Position numbers and translations under genes: made by a program
Assembly: GCF_964213995.1 (NCBI RefSeq)
Contig: NC_135830.1
Location: 4,402,001 to 4,466,000 of the forward strand
Direction: 5' to 3'
Length of the DNA: 64,000 nucleotides
Origin: Mustelus asterias
Taxonomy: Eukaryota
The notes under the pieces: model-generated
Told to the model about the DNA's origin: nothing
Database searches by the model: none
The model's input: only the letters and a program-made list of their open reading frames with translations
Part shown: in pieces, positions 23,376 through 37,329 of the stretch
How positions within the stretch are numbered: position 1 is the stretch's first letter
Layout: the number at the start of each line of letters is the position of its first letter

Positions 23376-24537
23376 GTCACGAGATTACTTTAATTGGATC
23401 CTCAATTACTTGCCTCACTTTCTGTCATTATCAGGAATACAATAGCATTGTTTCATACTGTCCCTTTATCTGATTCTGTACAATCCCTTATTCACACAGT
23501 TTCAAATGTTGAGGCTAATCAGAGCTGGAAGGTCTCTCTCGCCAGTACATTTATCTTCACTGCACATTCTTTACATACACAGCAATTAAACTTTTACATT
23601 TTACAGCAAATAAAAATCAGTCTTTCAGTATGCCTCACATCCGTTTAAAAAGTGGCTGGATCAGTACTTGGCAAACCATAACATTCAAGGCTATGGGCCA
23701 AGTGCTGGCAAGTGGGATTAGGTGAGCAGGTCAGGGCATTTCATGCATCGGTGCAGACACGATGGGCCGAAGGGCCTCTTCTGCACTGCAGTAATCTGTG
23801 ATTCTGTGAACTAACTCATTATTGATCCTTCAACTATAATTCAATTAAGGCTCACCACTTAGTCAGTCATCTGTTACTGACTGGTAGCTAATTATTACAG
23901 TAATCTTTAATTAATACATGTGGTTATACTGGGGAAATTCCTAGTAGGTTATAGAAATTTCAAGTAACCAGGGGTTTAAGTTACTAATAAAATTCTAAAA
24001 AGTGAAAAGACCCAAGATTAGGTTTACAATCCAACAGGGGGACAGTCTACATAAGACACAGATAAATACAGTAAGATATTTAACTAAGTATGAGATTTGG
24101 TCAAGTAGTTCTGATTTAAACATGTATTTTGGATCTTTAAAAATGTATTTTAGCTGTACATTAAAGAAATCTGTACACTTTAGCCAAAGGCAGGTTGCCT
24201 CAAAGCCTAATGGGGTAAGAAGCATATTGAGATGAACCACAATCTTGAGGACAATGGAACTACAGAATGTATAAGTTCTTATCAGTAACAGTTACAAGCA
24301 GCAAGGTCTCCTCGGCCCCTTCATGAATGTGGTAGTTCATATTGTGCAGATAAAGCAGGCCTTCTCAGAGTCCCTTATGAATAGAATTGTTCAATTCTAG
24401 ATTGTCCAGATAAGGACGGCCTTTTCAGACGCAAGAATGTACCTCTATCTGGCCTGGCCATTGACGTAAGCAAGAGTTGGTGGGAACCTTCACTTGCACC
24501 TTTGTGGCCAAGGGTTAGCGGTTGCTGAGCAACAGAG

Positions 24538-24860
24538 TGGACAGCACGGTGGCACAGTGGTTAGCACTGCTGCCTCACAGGGCCCGGGACCTGGGTTCAA
24601 TTCCGGTCTCAGGTCACTGTCTGTGTGGAGTTTGCACATTCTCCCCTGCATGGGTTTCCTCCGGGTGCTCCGGTTTCCCTCCACAGTCCAAAGACATGCA
24701 GGTCAGGTGGGTTGGCCAAGCTAAATTGCCCCTTAGTGTCAGGGGGACTAGCTAGGGTAAATGCATGGGGTTATGGGAATAGGGCCTGGGTGGGATTGTG
24801 GTCAGTGCAGACTCAATGGGCCGAATGGCCTCCTTCTGCACTGTCGGGATTCTATGATTC
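24538..24860 (+). mobile_element. HE1-type V-SINE
   Basis: A/B boxes, V domain, TTCTATGA tail. Confidence 0.9.
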
Positions 24861-26499
24861 AAACAGAGGGAGGAAGCATCTGGATTTTACAGATCAGTGA
24901 AACCCCATGAGGTCAAAGGGTAAATGCAATTGGCTCAAGTATATAACAGGTATTAATTGTGATTGATTTGTGTTGAAACTGACTGGTTCATAATTAATAG
25001 AAGGTGGGAGATGTAAACTTGGGAAAGGTATAATTGGCCTGTCTGATGTTTGTAACCTCAGAGTGGTGTTGGAATGCTCAGTGTCTTCTCTTGCAGCAAG
25101 GCATTGGACTGCCCAATGCTCATTCTCCCATCGATCGTTGGTTAATAAAGATACGTCTTTAACCGGAACACTGGCTTTCGTGAGTCTCTGTATTGACTGA
25201 AGCTTTTGGCGATACCTTGCCTCCAGAGAACCCTGCAATAGTTAATACAAGATACACTGGGTTCAAAAATGAAAAGTGGAAGACAATAGGTTTCTTTCTT
25301 ACTAATCTTGATCAGGTTGAACAATCAGCCTCATTCTTGAGCCGGACTTTGACAGAATATAATGTCCTCTCGCTTATCAAAATGATTGAAGAATTCCTTA
25401 GTTTGGACAACTACTGCTTGCTCAGCAGTGTCGAGAGACTTTTAGCTTTATTGTATAAAGATCTCATCACATGTTAAGAGTTTAACATGGCTTCCTTGAC
25501 CTTGTTACTTTTAACTGTCAATAGAGATGAAAGTGATCATTTTCATTTCTGAGGCACCCCTACAGTTTCCTACATCACAACAGTGACCACACTTTGAAAG
25601 GACTTGGCTGTAAAACACTTTCCAAGATCTTGGGGTCATGCAAGGAGCTGGAGAAATGTAATTTCCTTTTAGAAATAGTTCCCAAACTTGGATATATCAC
25701 ACTCAGTCCGCTCACAGAGATCATTAATAAAGACTAGTCTTAATTTTGAGTAACAACCATGTCTTTCACTCCGTTTCCAAATCCCCCGTGAAAATCCAAA
25801 TACAATATATTGTGAAATTATTTGGTTTAAAACAGAATGAGTTGTTGTGATTTGGAATTCACTGTCTGAAAATGGTGCAGGAAGAAAATTAAACTGGATC
25901 TTTCAAAAGGGAACTGGACAGATTTGAAATGAAATATAGGATTAATGAGCTTGTTCAAAGGGATATCATGGGTACAATGGGAGGAATGGCCTCCTCTGCT
26001 CTGAGACTCATTTGCAGTTGAAGAAAGTGGTAAATATCTGGAACTCACTTCCTACGACGGGCAGAGAAACAGAGATGATGGAATGTTTCCAAAAGGAAAT
26101 TGGATGGGCAATTGAGGGAAATAAACCTACAGGGATAGAACAGGGCAGTGGTTGGATTCACAGGGAACCAGCATAAGCTTAATGGGCCGAATGGCGCCAT
26201 TCCCAACCGTAATTCCTGACTCATCCAAAGTGAGTTTCACCTGATGTGTAACCATAAAGCAAATGAAGGCAGCAGCAAAGGCTGTTGGTTAAAAGAGCTA
26301 ACTCTGTATCAGGCTGAGGACTATGGGAGCAGCAGGCTGAAGGGGTTCTGCACTGAGGAATGGGCACAGGAACTCATTGGATGGTGGCTGTTGCTCTGCC
26401 TTGAACAGACATTGAGTGAACAGAGACCCCTGTGTGTTGTGCTCTTGAGAAAAATGCCATCCCCTGCCATCGTGACTAAAAGACAGTGATCGATTAGAC

Positions 26500-29283
26500 C
26501 AGGGGTCTCCAAACGTTTCAGTACGGGAGCCACATCGTATATTTTACACATTTTCGGGGGCCAAAGAAAAAAAAAAGTTTCATAAATGAATGAATAAAAT
26601 TTAAATGAATGAATAAGTTTTATTTGGATCATCTTTGTAATCAGCATGATATGATTCAGAACAAAAGAGAAATGTGACAATTACAAAGAAACAATGTCGT
26701 GCTTAACACTGAGAAATGATATATAATGAGTAAAGATGTCAAACATTAGCAAACGCTCTGACAAAATAATCAATGTCTTAATTGCAGATGAGAAAAGCAG
26801 GCTATTCGTTTTTTAATTAATTTTATTTACTGAAATTTTACAAATGTTTACTTGAAATGAGAATTTGCCCCATTTTGTGACACACAATAAGAAAAATAAA
26901 CATGCCCCAAGAAAGAACTTCAGTAAAACAAAGCAAAGAAATTCAAAATAAACTTGAACCATTAATAAAGGACGAACAAAAATAAATTCAGTCTGCACCT
27001 TTCAACACAATTCTGGCAACTGGAGTTTTCAATCGTAACCAATAAATCATGAAGTTTTGCACAAGATTAATGGGAATGATGGAACTGCTTTTTTAATTTC
27101 AAAATATTGCTGAACTGAGGTTTCAAGCTTGAGGAGCCAATTATTAGAATGGACTTCAAATGCTCATCAGATAAATTTGCTCGATATTTGGACTTGACAT
27201 CCTTCATTTTTGAAAATGTTTGTTCACACAGATATGTTGTACCAAAAACTGATACAAATCCACAAGCAAATCGCTTCAAATTTGTAAACTGCTCAGGCTG
27301 CAAAGATTTATAAAATTGGATCAGATTTCCTTCTTTATACTTGTCTTTCAGCATGTCATCTGATTGGAGATCAATAATTTCCATTTGAAACTGACTTGGG
27401 AGTGTTTCAACATTGCAGCCAAATGGAGTTTGAAACAGCTTTATTTCATCTGTGTTTCCATCAAGATCAGAAAATCGTTCCTGAAATTGTTTTTGCAAGT
27501 CCTTAATAATTTCTGTTGCAAATAAAGAAGGAAATTCTGCTTCACTTTCTTCATGAAATTTTTCACAACATAGAAAATGAACCAAGTTATGAACTTACAG
27601 TTGTCCTTGAAATAGCATCAGTTTTGCCCTGAATGCCTTGACATGCGCGAATAGATCACAAATCAAATTTGTTTCACCTTGCAACTTCAGATTCAATTGA
27701 TTCATATGGCCTGTCACGTCTGCAAAATATGCCAATTTCCAAAGCCAGTCAGTGTTTGATAAAAGTGGTTCGGGTCGATTCTTCTGTTGGAAAGGAATCA
27801 ATTTCCTCTCTGAGCTGAAAGAACCGTGATAGAACCTTTCCACAACTAAGCCATCGAACTGCTGTATAATAAGGCAAGTCACCGAACTCAGAATCAGTTT
27901 CTTTCAGAAAATCACGAAACTGGCGATGATTAAGCCTGTGAGATTGAATGAAATTCACTGTTGAAACAACAGGTTTCAGAACGCAAGACATATCCACATA
28001 TTTTCCGCACGATGCTCATTGATGGATAATGCAATGCAGAATCATGGGCTTTGAGAATCCACCAACCTCACAAGCTTTTGTGATTTGTCCAACCAAACCT
28101 TTCTTCACCCCAGACATGTTCTTTCCTCCATCAATTGTCACGCATTGCAGTTTATTCCACTCCAGGTTACATTCTAACACAGTTTTTTGCAATTCTTTGA
28201 AGATGTCTTCTCCAGTTACTGTGCTGTGCATGCTATGCACTGATGCTAATTCTTGTGTCACATTAAATTCACTGTCGACGCCACGGATGAATACTAGGAG
28301 TTGTGATGTGTCACACACATCAGTTGATTCATCAAGTGCGAGAGAATACAACTGAAAATTTCTCGCTTTGTCTGTAATTTGATGATATATATTGCTTCCT
28401 ATATCCTCAATTCTATGAGCAACAGTATTTGGCGCAAGCCTGGTGATTTTGAACAGATTTGCTTTTTCTGGGCATAACTCTTCTACTGCTTCCCTTATAC
28501 ACTCTTTGATGAGATCTCCATCGGTGAATGGCTTTCCTCTTTTAGCCAACATGTAAGCTAGTTTGTAACTGGCCCTGGTTAAAGCTTCATCTTCTGTGTA
28601 AAAAAAGCTTGTTGGGAAAGCAACCTGCGTTGCATTGATTCAAATTTTTCTGAACGCTGTGTTCCTGTGAATTGGGAATAACTTGTTTCATGTTTGGTCT
28701 CATAGTGCCGACGTACATTGTACTCCTTCAAAACTGCAACAGTTTCGTTGCATATGACACACAAGGCTTTATCACCTGCTTGTACAAAGAAGTACTTTAC
28801 ACCCCATTCTTCATTAAACAGGCAGCACTCACTGTCCACTTTTCTTTTATTTTTTCCTTCCATAACTGAATTGGTCTGAATTGCCGCCATCATTGTCATT
28901 GTTCTCGCTCATTTCAGACGGAGCTTATGGATTGGATAAAGCAGCTGTCACTCAGTCAATGCAGAGCGGCAATTGGGTAACAGATGTCTCAATTGCTGAT
29001 TCGTTTAATGAACTGTCAGTCACAGGACGGCAGCTCTGATTGGACAATAGGCCGGTAAAGAGGGCGGGGATTCCCATGGGTCCATCAGACACCGCGCGGA
29101 GTGGAAGCAAATGTCCGTCCTGTGGCTTCCGTCCCCGCGTCCGGATCCTGAGTCAGCGGCGGTGTTCCGGACGCGGGAGTGTTTTCGGCAGCGGGAATCA
29201 CGTCCCGCCCCACTGGCTGCGGGCCAGATGTTAGCCCGCTGCGGGCCGGATGTGGCCCGTGGGCCGTAGTTTGGAGACCCCTG
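26500..29283 (-). mobile_element. hAT DNA transposon (Buster/Charlie-SPIN group), full length, frameshifted transposase
   Basis: Perfect 15-bp TIRs CAGGGGTCTCCAAAC. Transposase 28899-27067 in several frames: BED-type CVIC...RRHYETKH, SLALDESTD, TIDGGKNM, HCIIHQ, VRWLSCG, FGTTYLCEQTFS. Confidence 0.95.
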
Positions 29284-29823
29284 CCTTAGAGCAAAGGAGG
29301 TTGAGGGGAGATTTGATAGAGGTGGACAAGATTCTGACAGGTTTAGATAAGGTGGACAAAGAAAAGCTGTTCCCATTAGCTGGTGGGACAAGGACGAGGG
29401 GGACACAGATTTAAGGTTTTGGGTCAGAGATGCGGGGGGGGGGGTGATGTGAGGAAGAATATTTTGATGCAGCGAATGGTAATGACCTGGAACCCGCTGC
29501 CTACGAGGGAGGAGGAAGTGGAGACAATAAACAATTACAAAGGAAATTGGATGGACATCTGGGGGAGTTTCAAACACAAAAAGTGACTATCCCTTAACTT
29601 CCTCACACCCTGTCACTCTGTGATCCGTGTGAAATTTGAAACCAGGTATTCGCAACGAGACTCAAAGAGCATCAGCCCACTGGAGGCAAAGTCTTGAGAC
29701 CAGCCAGTCCAGCAGAAAGAAACCCCCCGACCCTCCCCATTGACCAACTGTGAGAATGAACAAAATGCAGTCCTGGATGTAATTGAGAGCAGAAACAATA
29801 ACAGCAGAATCCAACCCCTGGAA

Positions 29824-30750
29824 TCACTCGTGAACTTGTTGGTGTCTCAGCAGCTGGGATGAAACTCTGAATCCCTTCCCACACTGAGAGCAGGTGAATG
29901 GTCTCTCCCGAGTATGAACTTGCTGGTGTGTCTGCAGATTGGATGAGTCAGTGAATCCCTTCCCACACTGAGAACAGGTGAACGCCCTCTCTCCAGTGTG
30001 AACTCGCTGGTGCGTCTGCAGGCTGGATAATTGAGTGAATCGCTTCTCACACTGAGAACAGGTGAATGGTTTCTCCCCAGTGTGAACTCGCTGGTGCGTC
30101 TGCAGGCTGGATAATTGAGTGAATCGCTTCTCACACTGAGAACAGGTGAATGGCCTCTCCCCAGTGTGAACTCGCTGGTGTATCCGCAGGTCGGATAACC
30201 GAGTGAATCCCTTCCCACACTGAGAGCAGGTGAACGGCCTCTCCCCAGTGTGAACTCGCTGGTGTGTCCGCAGGTGGGATGACTGAGTGAATCCCTCCCC
30301 ACACTGAGAGCAGGTGAATGGTCTCTCCCCAGTGTGAACTCGCTGGTGTGTCTGCAGGTTGGATAACTGACTGAATCCCTTCCCACACTGAGAGCAGGTG
30401 AACGGTCTCTCCCCAGTGTGAACTCGCTGGTGTCTCTGCAGGTGGGATAACTGAGTGAATCCCTTCCCACACTGAGAGCAGGCGAATGGTCTCTCCCCAG
30501 TGTGAACTCGCTGGTGTATCTGCAGGCTGAATAACTGGCTGAATCCCTCCTCACACTGAGAGCAGGTGAACGGTCTCTCCCCAGTGTGAACTCGCTGGTG
30601 TGTCCGCAGGGTGGATAACTGAGTGAACCCTTTCCCACAATCAGAGCAGGTGAACGGCCTCTCCCCGGTGTGGCTGCGGCGATGAGTTTCCAGCAGAGAT
30701 GGGTAATTGAATCCCTTCCCACAGTCCCCACATTTCCACGGTTTCTCCAT
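29824..30750 (-). CDS. Tandem C2H2 zinc-finger protein E (11 fingers, 308 aa)
   Basis: Intact ORF from [10 protein letters not shown] to HQQVHE*. Confidence 0.9.
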   Translation of the reverse strand: MEKPWKCGDCGKGFNYPSLLETHRRSHTGERPFTCSDCGKGFTQLSTLRTHQRVHTGERPFTCSQCEEGFSQLFSLQIHQRVHTGERPFACSQCGKGFTQLSHLQRHQRVHTGERPFTCSQCGKGFSQLSNLQTHQRVHTGERPFTCSQCGEGFTQSSHLRTHQRVHTGERPFTCSQCGKGFTRLSDLRIHQRVHTGERPFTCSQCEKRFTQLSSLQTHQRVHTGEKPFTCSQCEKRFTQLSSLQTHQRVHTGERAFTCSQCGKGFTDSSNLQTHQQVHTRERPFTCSQCGKGFRVSSQLLRHQQVHE

Positions 30751-31650
30751 GGTTCGGGTGTCCTTGTGACTGTCCAGGTTAAACAATCAGTTCAATCTCA
30801 CACAGAACACGGGGACAGTCTCTCCCACTGTGAATGCTGCGATGTATTTTCAGGCTGTGTAACTGGTTAAAGCTCTTTCCACACTCAGTGCACTGGAACA
30901 CTCTCACTCGGGTGTGTGTGTGTCTCGGCATTTGTCCAGTCACATTTATGCGAAAAAAAAGTCTGAAGCAGACAGAACAGAAAAATATTTCTCCTCTTAG
31001 ATTGAAAGGCCGATGGTATTCAGGTCCAGATGAACTGAATGACTGTCAGAACTTGACATTTGTTCAAGATTTCTGTCTGTAAATCCTCACCTTCTGATAC
31101 CCTGTGAAAGGTGTTTACAAAATGCATCAGTGTCAGCACAGATTAGTAAATCAGAACAGCCAATTCTAGTTTCTATGGAACATTCTTTCCTCTCTCATTC
31201 CCCAAAAGCTATAAATCTCCACCCAACACACTCTCCCTCCATTCTCACTCTGCTGTATCTAATATTTGCCCGCTCAATTCTCCTGAAGGTGCTGATTGAA
31301 GCTGATGGACAGATTCATGCTCAATGCTTCCTGTCCTGGACACAAAGAGCTGAAATTCTCCGTGCAGGCGGCCAGACAGATCTATGTCTCTATTACGGGA
31401 CTAAAAATGTGTTTAATGGATAGAATTGTTTCAGTTGGCTAAGATACAGGGGGCTGTGATTGATCATGATCTTGGACTGCTTGTGAGGGTAGTCAAGTAG
31501 AGATGATCAATAACTTGGAAATTAAATTGGAGGTGCTGCAGAATGGGGTCCACTCGACACTGACAGTGAGTCGGCATTGACCCGAGTGGTTCAATGGACT
31601 CCTTCTGTGCTGTAATGACTCTATTACTGGAAATATATCACGTAGCTACA

Positions 31651-32797
31651 TGTTCGGGCTCAGGTTAGAAACTCCAAAATGTTTTATGGAACCCGCCTGA
31701 ATCATACGTTTTACATCTTGAATTTGGCATGAAATGTTTCACTTCAGGTATGATTCAAATAACCCACCAGGGAGCTTTTGACAAAGTTTGCTTAAGAATA
31801 TAGTTAACATGTATAGTAAGAAAATTAGCAAGAACTTTTATCAATTACAAACAAACAAAACAACCAAGATAATGCCTAACCCTTAATGAATATAGGAACT
31901 GTCCCAATCAAACAATCACATAAACACCCTTTTTCATAGGTTTAACACAGCACAAACTCAAGCTCACGTGGCAGTGGAATTAAGTCCTTTGGATGAATGC
32001 TGCAGTTCTGTTGAATCACAGAGCAGTTTGAAGTCAGAACAGCTTCCCAAAACCACGAAGGAGACTCCAGGCAAGCCATCAACAGCAGAATATTTTCTTC
32101 AGGAAGGCAAGACCTGGCTTTCAGATAACCATGATGTGGAGATGCCAGCGTTGGACTGGGGTAAACACAGTAAGAAGTTTAACAACACCAGGTTAAAGTC
32201 CAACAGGTTTATTTGGTAGCAAAAGCCACACAAGCTTTCGGAGCTCCAAGCCCCTTCTTCAGGTGAGTGGGAATTCTGTTCACAAACAGAACTTATAAAG
32301 ACACAGACTCAATTTACATGAATAACTTGTGTCTTTATATGCCCTGTTTGTGAACAGAATTCCCACTCACCTGAAGTAGGGGCTTGGAGCTCCGAAAGCT
32401 TGTGTGGCTTTTGCTACCAAATAAACCTGTTGGACTTTAACCTGGTGTTGTTAAACTTCTTACTTTCAGATAACCAACAGAATTTCCAAATAAAACAGGG
32501 GAGAGAAAGCGAGAGAGACGTCTCTTTTCAGCGTGATACCCTTTCTAAAACTAAACTGCAGCTCAGAACTGGAAATGAAAGAATTTCTGTCACCTGACCT
32601 GCAAACCAATTTTTTTTTCTCCAATCCCAAAGTAAAAACAAACAACCTCTATATAAGCCACTTAAGGAGCAAATAAAGGACTCTTTGTAGACAAGCCGGT
32701 GCCATATAATGTAAAAAAAACCTGAAAAGGTTTATTTACAACAGCAGAGATCATGATTTTGAGAGACAAAAATTCGTAAAGAAACACTAATGTCACA
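31651..32797 (-). mobile_element. Probable solo LTR in the intron of ZNF E
   Basis: TG...CA ends, flanks CTACA/CTACT. It splits an intron block that is contiguous in paralogues (e.g. 51620-51680). Confidence 0.55.
32132..32462 (+). mobile_element. Penelope-derived fold-back element with hammerhead motifs
   Basis: Same family as 3134-3384, ~145-bp inverted arms, 14-bp TSD CTTTCAGATAACCA (32118-32131 / 32463-32476). Confidence 0.85.
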
Positions 32798-33199
32798 CTA
32801 CTGTATGATATTACAGATTAGAAATAATAATAATAATAAATGTACATTATTGCAGAACCGTACATATCTAATCTTGCCTAATGACAATACTGAACATATC
32901 TCTAACCTATATAAATTTACAGTCTCCTTAAATGTCAGCCATCTCCTGGGGAAACCAGCCCTTTAATTGTGAGCATTAGGAAAGAGACCAATGTGTCAAG
33001 CTGAGGGAGCAAAGGATGTCAATGTCTTTCAGAGAGAGAGACCTGGGCCAACCTTTCCACAATCTGCACCCTCCCTGGATTCACTTCCTTTCCCTTCAGT
33101 TGCTGCAAGTCCCCAATTTCCCCCAGAATGAGAAAAGAAATGGAAGGGTGGAGAAAAGAAAGTGTTTTACTCACAGATGTTGGAACAGGAGGAAGTTTC

Positions 33200-33765
33200 T
33201 GCCTCTCTGATGCCCCATCTTCATTCACACAAAAACCCACACTCTGATTGGCTGGAAGACCTGAGGCCTTCCGGTCCTCCAATTCTTTTCAATGGCCAGA
33301 GCTGGTGAGGGACAGTGAATCAAACATGCGCATGTGCGAGTTTTGGGGGAATGCGCATGTGCGGGTGTGGTTCGGGGCCCGGGACGAAGCCGGCGCACTG
33401 ACCATTGTCTGTCCGGGTCTTCCAGCCTTTCCCATTGGACAACAGCTCAGCGCGGTTGGAGGGCAAAGTCCCGCCCACCCCCACGTGGGGCTCCGCCCCT
33501 CATTGTCTGTCTGCGGGGGATTGGCCAATGGGAACTCTGGAGGACCGGAAGGACTCTGCTCCGCTCGCTGCCTCTCACAGGCTCTGACCAATGGGCATTC
33601 TGGAGGACCGGAAGGACTCTGGTCCCCCAGCCAATCAAAGCTTCTCCATTGTCTGAATGCGGAAGTTGCACAATGAGCTTGTTCAGCTGCTCATTCCGGC
33701 CCAGCAAAGCTGCTGCTGCTCTTTCTCTGAATGAAGAATGAGCTTCAGACACAGACTCAAACTTC
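33200..33765. promoter_or_regulatory. Bidirectional promoter between ZNF E (-) and ZNF F (+)
   Basis: CCAAT arrays facing both ways, TGCGCATG motifs, GC boxes. Exon-1 donors CATCT|GTGAGT at ~33175 (-) and ~33786 (+). Confidence 0.75.
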
Positions 33766-33874
33766 CTCCTGTCTCTCCAACATCTGTGAGTAAAACATTT
33801 TCTTTTCTCCCCCCCTTCCATTCCTTTTTTCATTCTGGGGGGAAACTGTTGACTTGCAGCAACTGATCACGAGA

Positions 33875-36000
33875 AATAGAAGCAGGAGTGGCCAGCAGGC
33901 CCTTCATGGCTGATCTATGCCGGTTTCAACTCCTTTTGTGAGCCTTTTCCCATAGCCCTCTATTCCTCGATCTATCAACTATTTATCCACCTCCACTTTA
34001 AATACTTATCGTGGTCTCGCCTCCACCTGTGGGGGAGAGAATTCCAGACATTCACCACCCTCTGGGGGAAGAAATTTCTGTGCACCTCAGTTTTAAATGA
34101 CCGACCATTTAGCTTGTTTCAGACTTTCGCACTTGTAAAAATATCTCACCATCTATCCTGTCAAGCCCCCTCAGGATCTAATGTTTCAATAAAGTCACCT
34201 CTTTGTCTTCAAAGCTTCAAGGAATACAGACCTAGACAATTTATTCTCTCTTAATAAGACAACCCTCTCACCCAGGAATTTGCCTGGTGAATCTCCTTTG
34301 GACTACATCCAATGTTACTATATCCTTGTTTAAGTAAGAAGATCAAAACTACACAGTATTCCAGGTGAGGCCTCACCAACACCCTATGCAGTTACCACAC
34401 AACCTCCCTGTTTTAAAACTGCAATAAAGGTCAAAATTCCATTTTCCTTCTTACCTATTGTGGGACCTGCCTGCTAGCCTTTTGTGATTCATGTGCAAGA
34501 ACATCCAGATCCCTCTGTACTTCACTCACCTGCAGTGCCGCTCCATGTAGATAATCTCCCTTTTGATTTCTCCTACTGAAATACATGACCTCCCACTTCT
34601 CCACATTAAACTCCATTTGCCAGGTTTTTGTCAGCCAATCTATCTATATCCCATTGCAGAATCAAAATATCCTCATCACAACATGTCCTTCCGCCTATCT
34701 TCATATCATTTGGAAACCTTACATTCTGTTCCTTCCTCCAGGTCATTAATTGAATAATGAACAATTGCAGGCCAAGAACTGATCCCTGTGGTACTCCACT
34801 AGTTACATCTTTCCATTCTGAAAATGACCCATTTATTCCAACGCTCTGTTTTCTATGTGACGGTCAGTTTTCAATCCATGCTAATACACTTCCATCAATT
34901 CCATGGGCCTTTACTTTATGCGCCAGCCTCTTATGTGGCACCTTGTCAAATGCCTTTTGGAAATCATAGAATCCCTAGAGTGCAGAAGGAGGCCATTTGG
35001 CCCATCTGGTCTGCACCGACTCTCGAACAGAGCATCTTTCCCAGGCCCTATCCCCATAAGCCCACATTTTTACCCCACTAATCCCCTAATCTCCACCTAT
35101 TTGGACACAAAGGGGCAATTTATCATGGTATCATGGGCGGCACGGTAGCACAGTGGTTAGCACTGCTGCTTCACAGCTCCAGGGACCTGGGTTCGATTCC
35201 CGGCTTGGGTCACTGTCTGTGTGGAGTTTGCACATTCTCCTCGTGTCTGCGTGGGTTTCCTCCGGGTGCTCCAGTTTCCTCCCACAGTCCAAAGATGTGC
35301 GGGTTAGGTTGATTGGCTATGCTAAAATTGCCCCTTAGTGTCTTGAGATGCGTAGGTTAGAGGGATTAGCGGGTAAATATGTAGGGATATGGGGGTAGGG
35401 CCTGGGTGGGATTGTGGTCGGTGCAGACTCGATGGGCCGAATGGCCTCTTTCTACACTGTAGGGTTTCTATGATTCTATGACACGGGGAGGATGTGCAAA
35501 TTCCACGCAGACTGTCAACCAAGGGCAGAATTGAAGTCGGGTCCCTGGCGCTGTGAGGCAGCAGTGCAAACCACTGTGTCACGGTGCTGCCCTATCTAAA
35601 TACACTACATCTACAGATTGCTCTTGATCTACACTCCCTCTTACATCCTCCAAGAATTCGAGCAAATTTGTCAAACATGATTTATCTTTCATAAAACCAT
35701 GTTGACGAGGTTTGATTATATTCAACTTTCTTAAATGATTAGCTACTTCCTCTTTGATTATTGACTCCTGCGTCTTGCCAATAATAGATGATAAATTAAC
35801 TGGCCGATAGTTCTCTGCCTTCTGCCTTTCTCCCTATTTGAACCAGGGAGTCACATTGGCTGTTTTCCAACTTTCTGATACTCTTCCGGAATTTAGCGAG
35901 TTACGAAAAATTTCAACCAAAGTGTCCACTATCTCTTCAGCAACCTCCATTAAAAGCCTCGTTGTCAGTTCATTGGGTCCTGGTGACTTGTCCACCCTTA
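33875..36000 (-). mobile_element. Degenerate CR1 with nested SINEs (about 34964-35592)
   Basis: Minus-strand RT remnants (VPQGSVLG, DFQKAFDKVPH) and a 3' UTR. Confidence 0.75.
35135..35480 (+). mobile_element. HE1-type V-SINE, nested in an older minus-strand SINE
   Basis: Full head, V domain and tail. Confidence 0.9.
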
Positions 36001-36239
36001 GCCGCTGAAGGAAAAGGAAGTGAGTCCAGTCTGTACAATCTCACATTTTTAATCCAGTCATATAGACATATATCTCTGGCAGCCTGCATGGAAACTTTCA
36101 GCTGTGTGTCCAGGACAGGAAGCAGTGAGCATGGATCTGTCAATCAGCACCTTCAGGAGAATTGGGAGGGTGAATATTAGATACAGCAGAGTGAGAATGG
36201 AGGGAGGGTGAGTGGGATGGAGATTCACAGCTTTTGGGG

Positions 36240-36590
36240 ATTGAGAGCATGGACAGAGTGGATAGTCAAAAGCCTTTTCCCAGGGTGGGAGAGTCAATTA
36301 CTTGGGGGCACAGGTTTAAGGTGCGAGGGGCAAGGTTTAAAGGAGATGGACGAGGCACGTTTTTTACACACAGGTTGGTGGGTGCCTGGAACTTGCTGCC
36401 GGGGAAGGTAGTGGAAGCACATACGGTAGTGACTTTTAAGGGGCGTCTTGACAAATACATGAATAGGATGAGAATAGAGGGACATGGTCCCCGTAAGGGA
36501 AGGGGGCTTTAGTTCAGTTGGGCAGCATGGTTGATGCAGTCTTGGAGGGCCGAATAGCCTGTTCCTGTGCTGTAATTTTCATTGTTCTTT
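36240..36590 (+). mobile_element. CR1 3' fragment in the ZNF F intron
   Basis: MDRVDSQKPFPRV...GHRFKVRG...FFTHRLVGAWN. Confidence 0.85.
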
Positions 36591-36663
36591 AAGAAAGGAA
36601 AGAATGTTCCATGAAACACTAGAATTGTCTGTTTTGAATTTCTACCCTGTGCTGACAGTGATT

Positions 36664-37329
36664 CCCCGCTGGAGGTCCCTCTACGGAGGGATCTCCCCCA
36701 ATTCCGTCGGGGACCTGGGGTGGAGGGTGATGCATGCAGCAGTTCCGCACAACCGTAGGATTCACTGGTTCACGGGCTCCGAAGACTGCCCTTTCTGCGG
36801 CCTTGTGGAGTCCGTGGACCATGTCTATGTTGTGTGTCTTAGGCTGCACTCCCTTTATGTTTTCCTGAAGAACCTTTTATTGATGTTCTGTTTGCACTTC
36901 AGTCCCACGCTCCTGATCTACGGACACCCGGTGCGGAGAGGGGAGGGTCGGGATGGCGACCTCCTCGTGAACCTGCTCCTGGGCCTGGCGAAACGCGCCA
37001 TTTACCGGTCCAGGCTGCGGGCGATCGAGGGGGCCGTCCATCCTGACTGTCTTCCCCTCTACCGCGGCTACGTTCGCGGCGGTGTCCCTGGAGAGGGAGC
37101 ATGCGGTGTCCACGGGCGAGGTTGACGCTTTCCGCGCCCGCTGGGCACCGCAGGGGTTGGGGTGCATTATTGACCCCAATAATCACATTTTAATTTGATG
37201 TTTTTAAGTTTCCTTTGTACTTTGATTTCTGTTCGGGCTATTCCCCCTCCTTTTTGGGGAGCTGCCCCTTTTACTTTGTCCTGATTTAATCTGAGTTTGT
37301 TTACTTGGTTTGGTTTGACCTAAAAAGAA
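36664..37329 (+). mobile_element. Tx1 5'-truncated copy just upstream of the ZNF F splice acceptor
   Basis: Near-identical to 19703-20363; 10-bp TSD GACAGTGATT (36654-36663 / 37330-37339). Confidence 0.92.

Noticed and set aside
24894-25477. Short ORFs of 94-114 aa in unique-looking sequence
   Set aside because: No recognisable motif, non-ATG starts, no clear splice context.
29847-30731. Long alternative-frame ORFs over ZNF exons (HTSEFTLGR and PASSHWGE repeats)
   Set aside because: Expected shadow frames of 84-bp finger repeats.
35135-35215. tRNA genes at SINE heads (also 45420-45492, 10262-10350)
   Set aside because: A/B boxes run directly into SINE bodies and no complete cloverleaf is seen.
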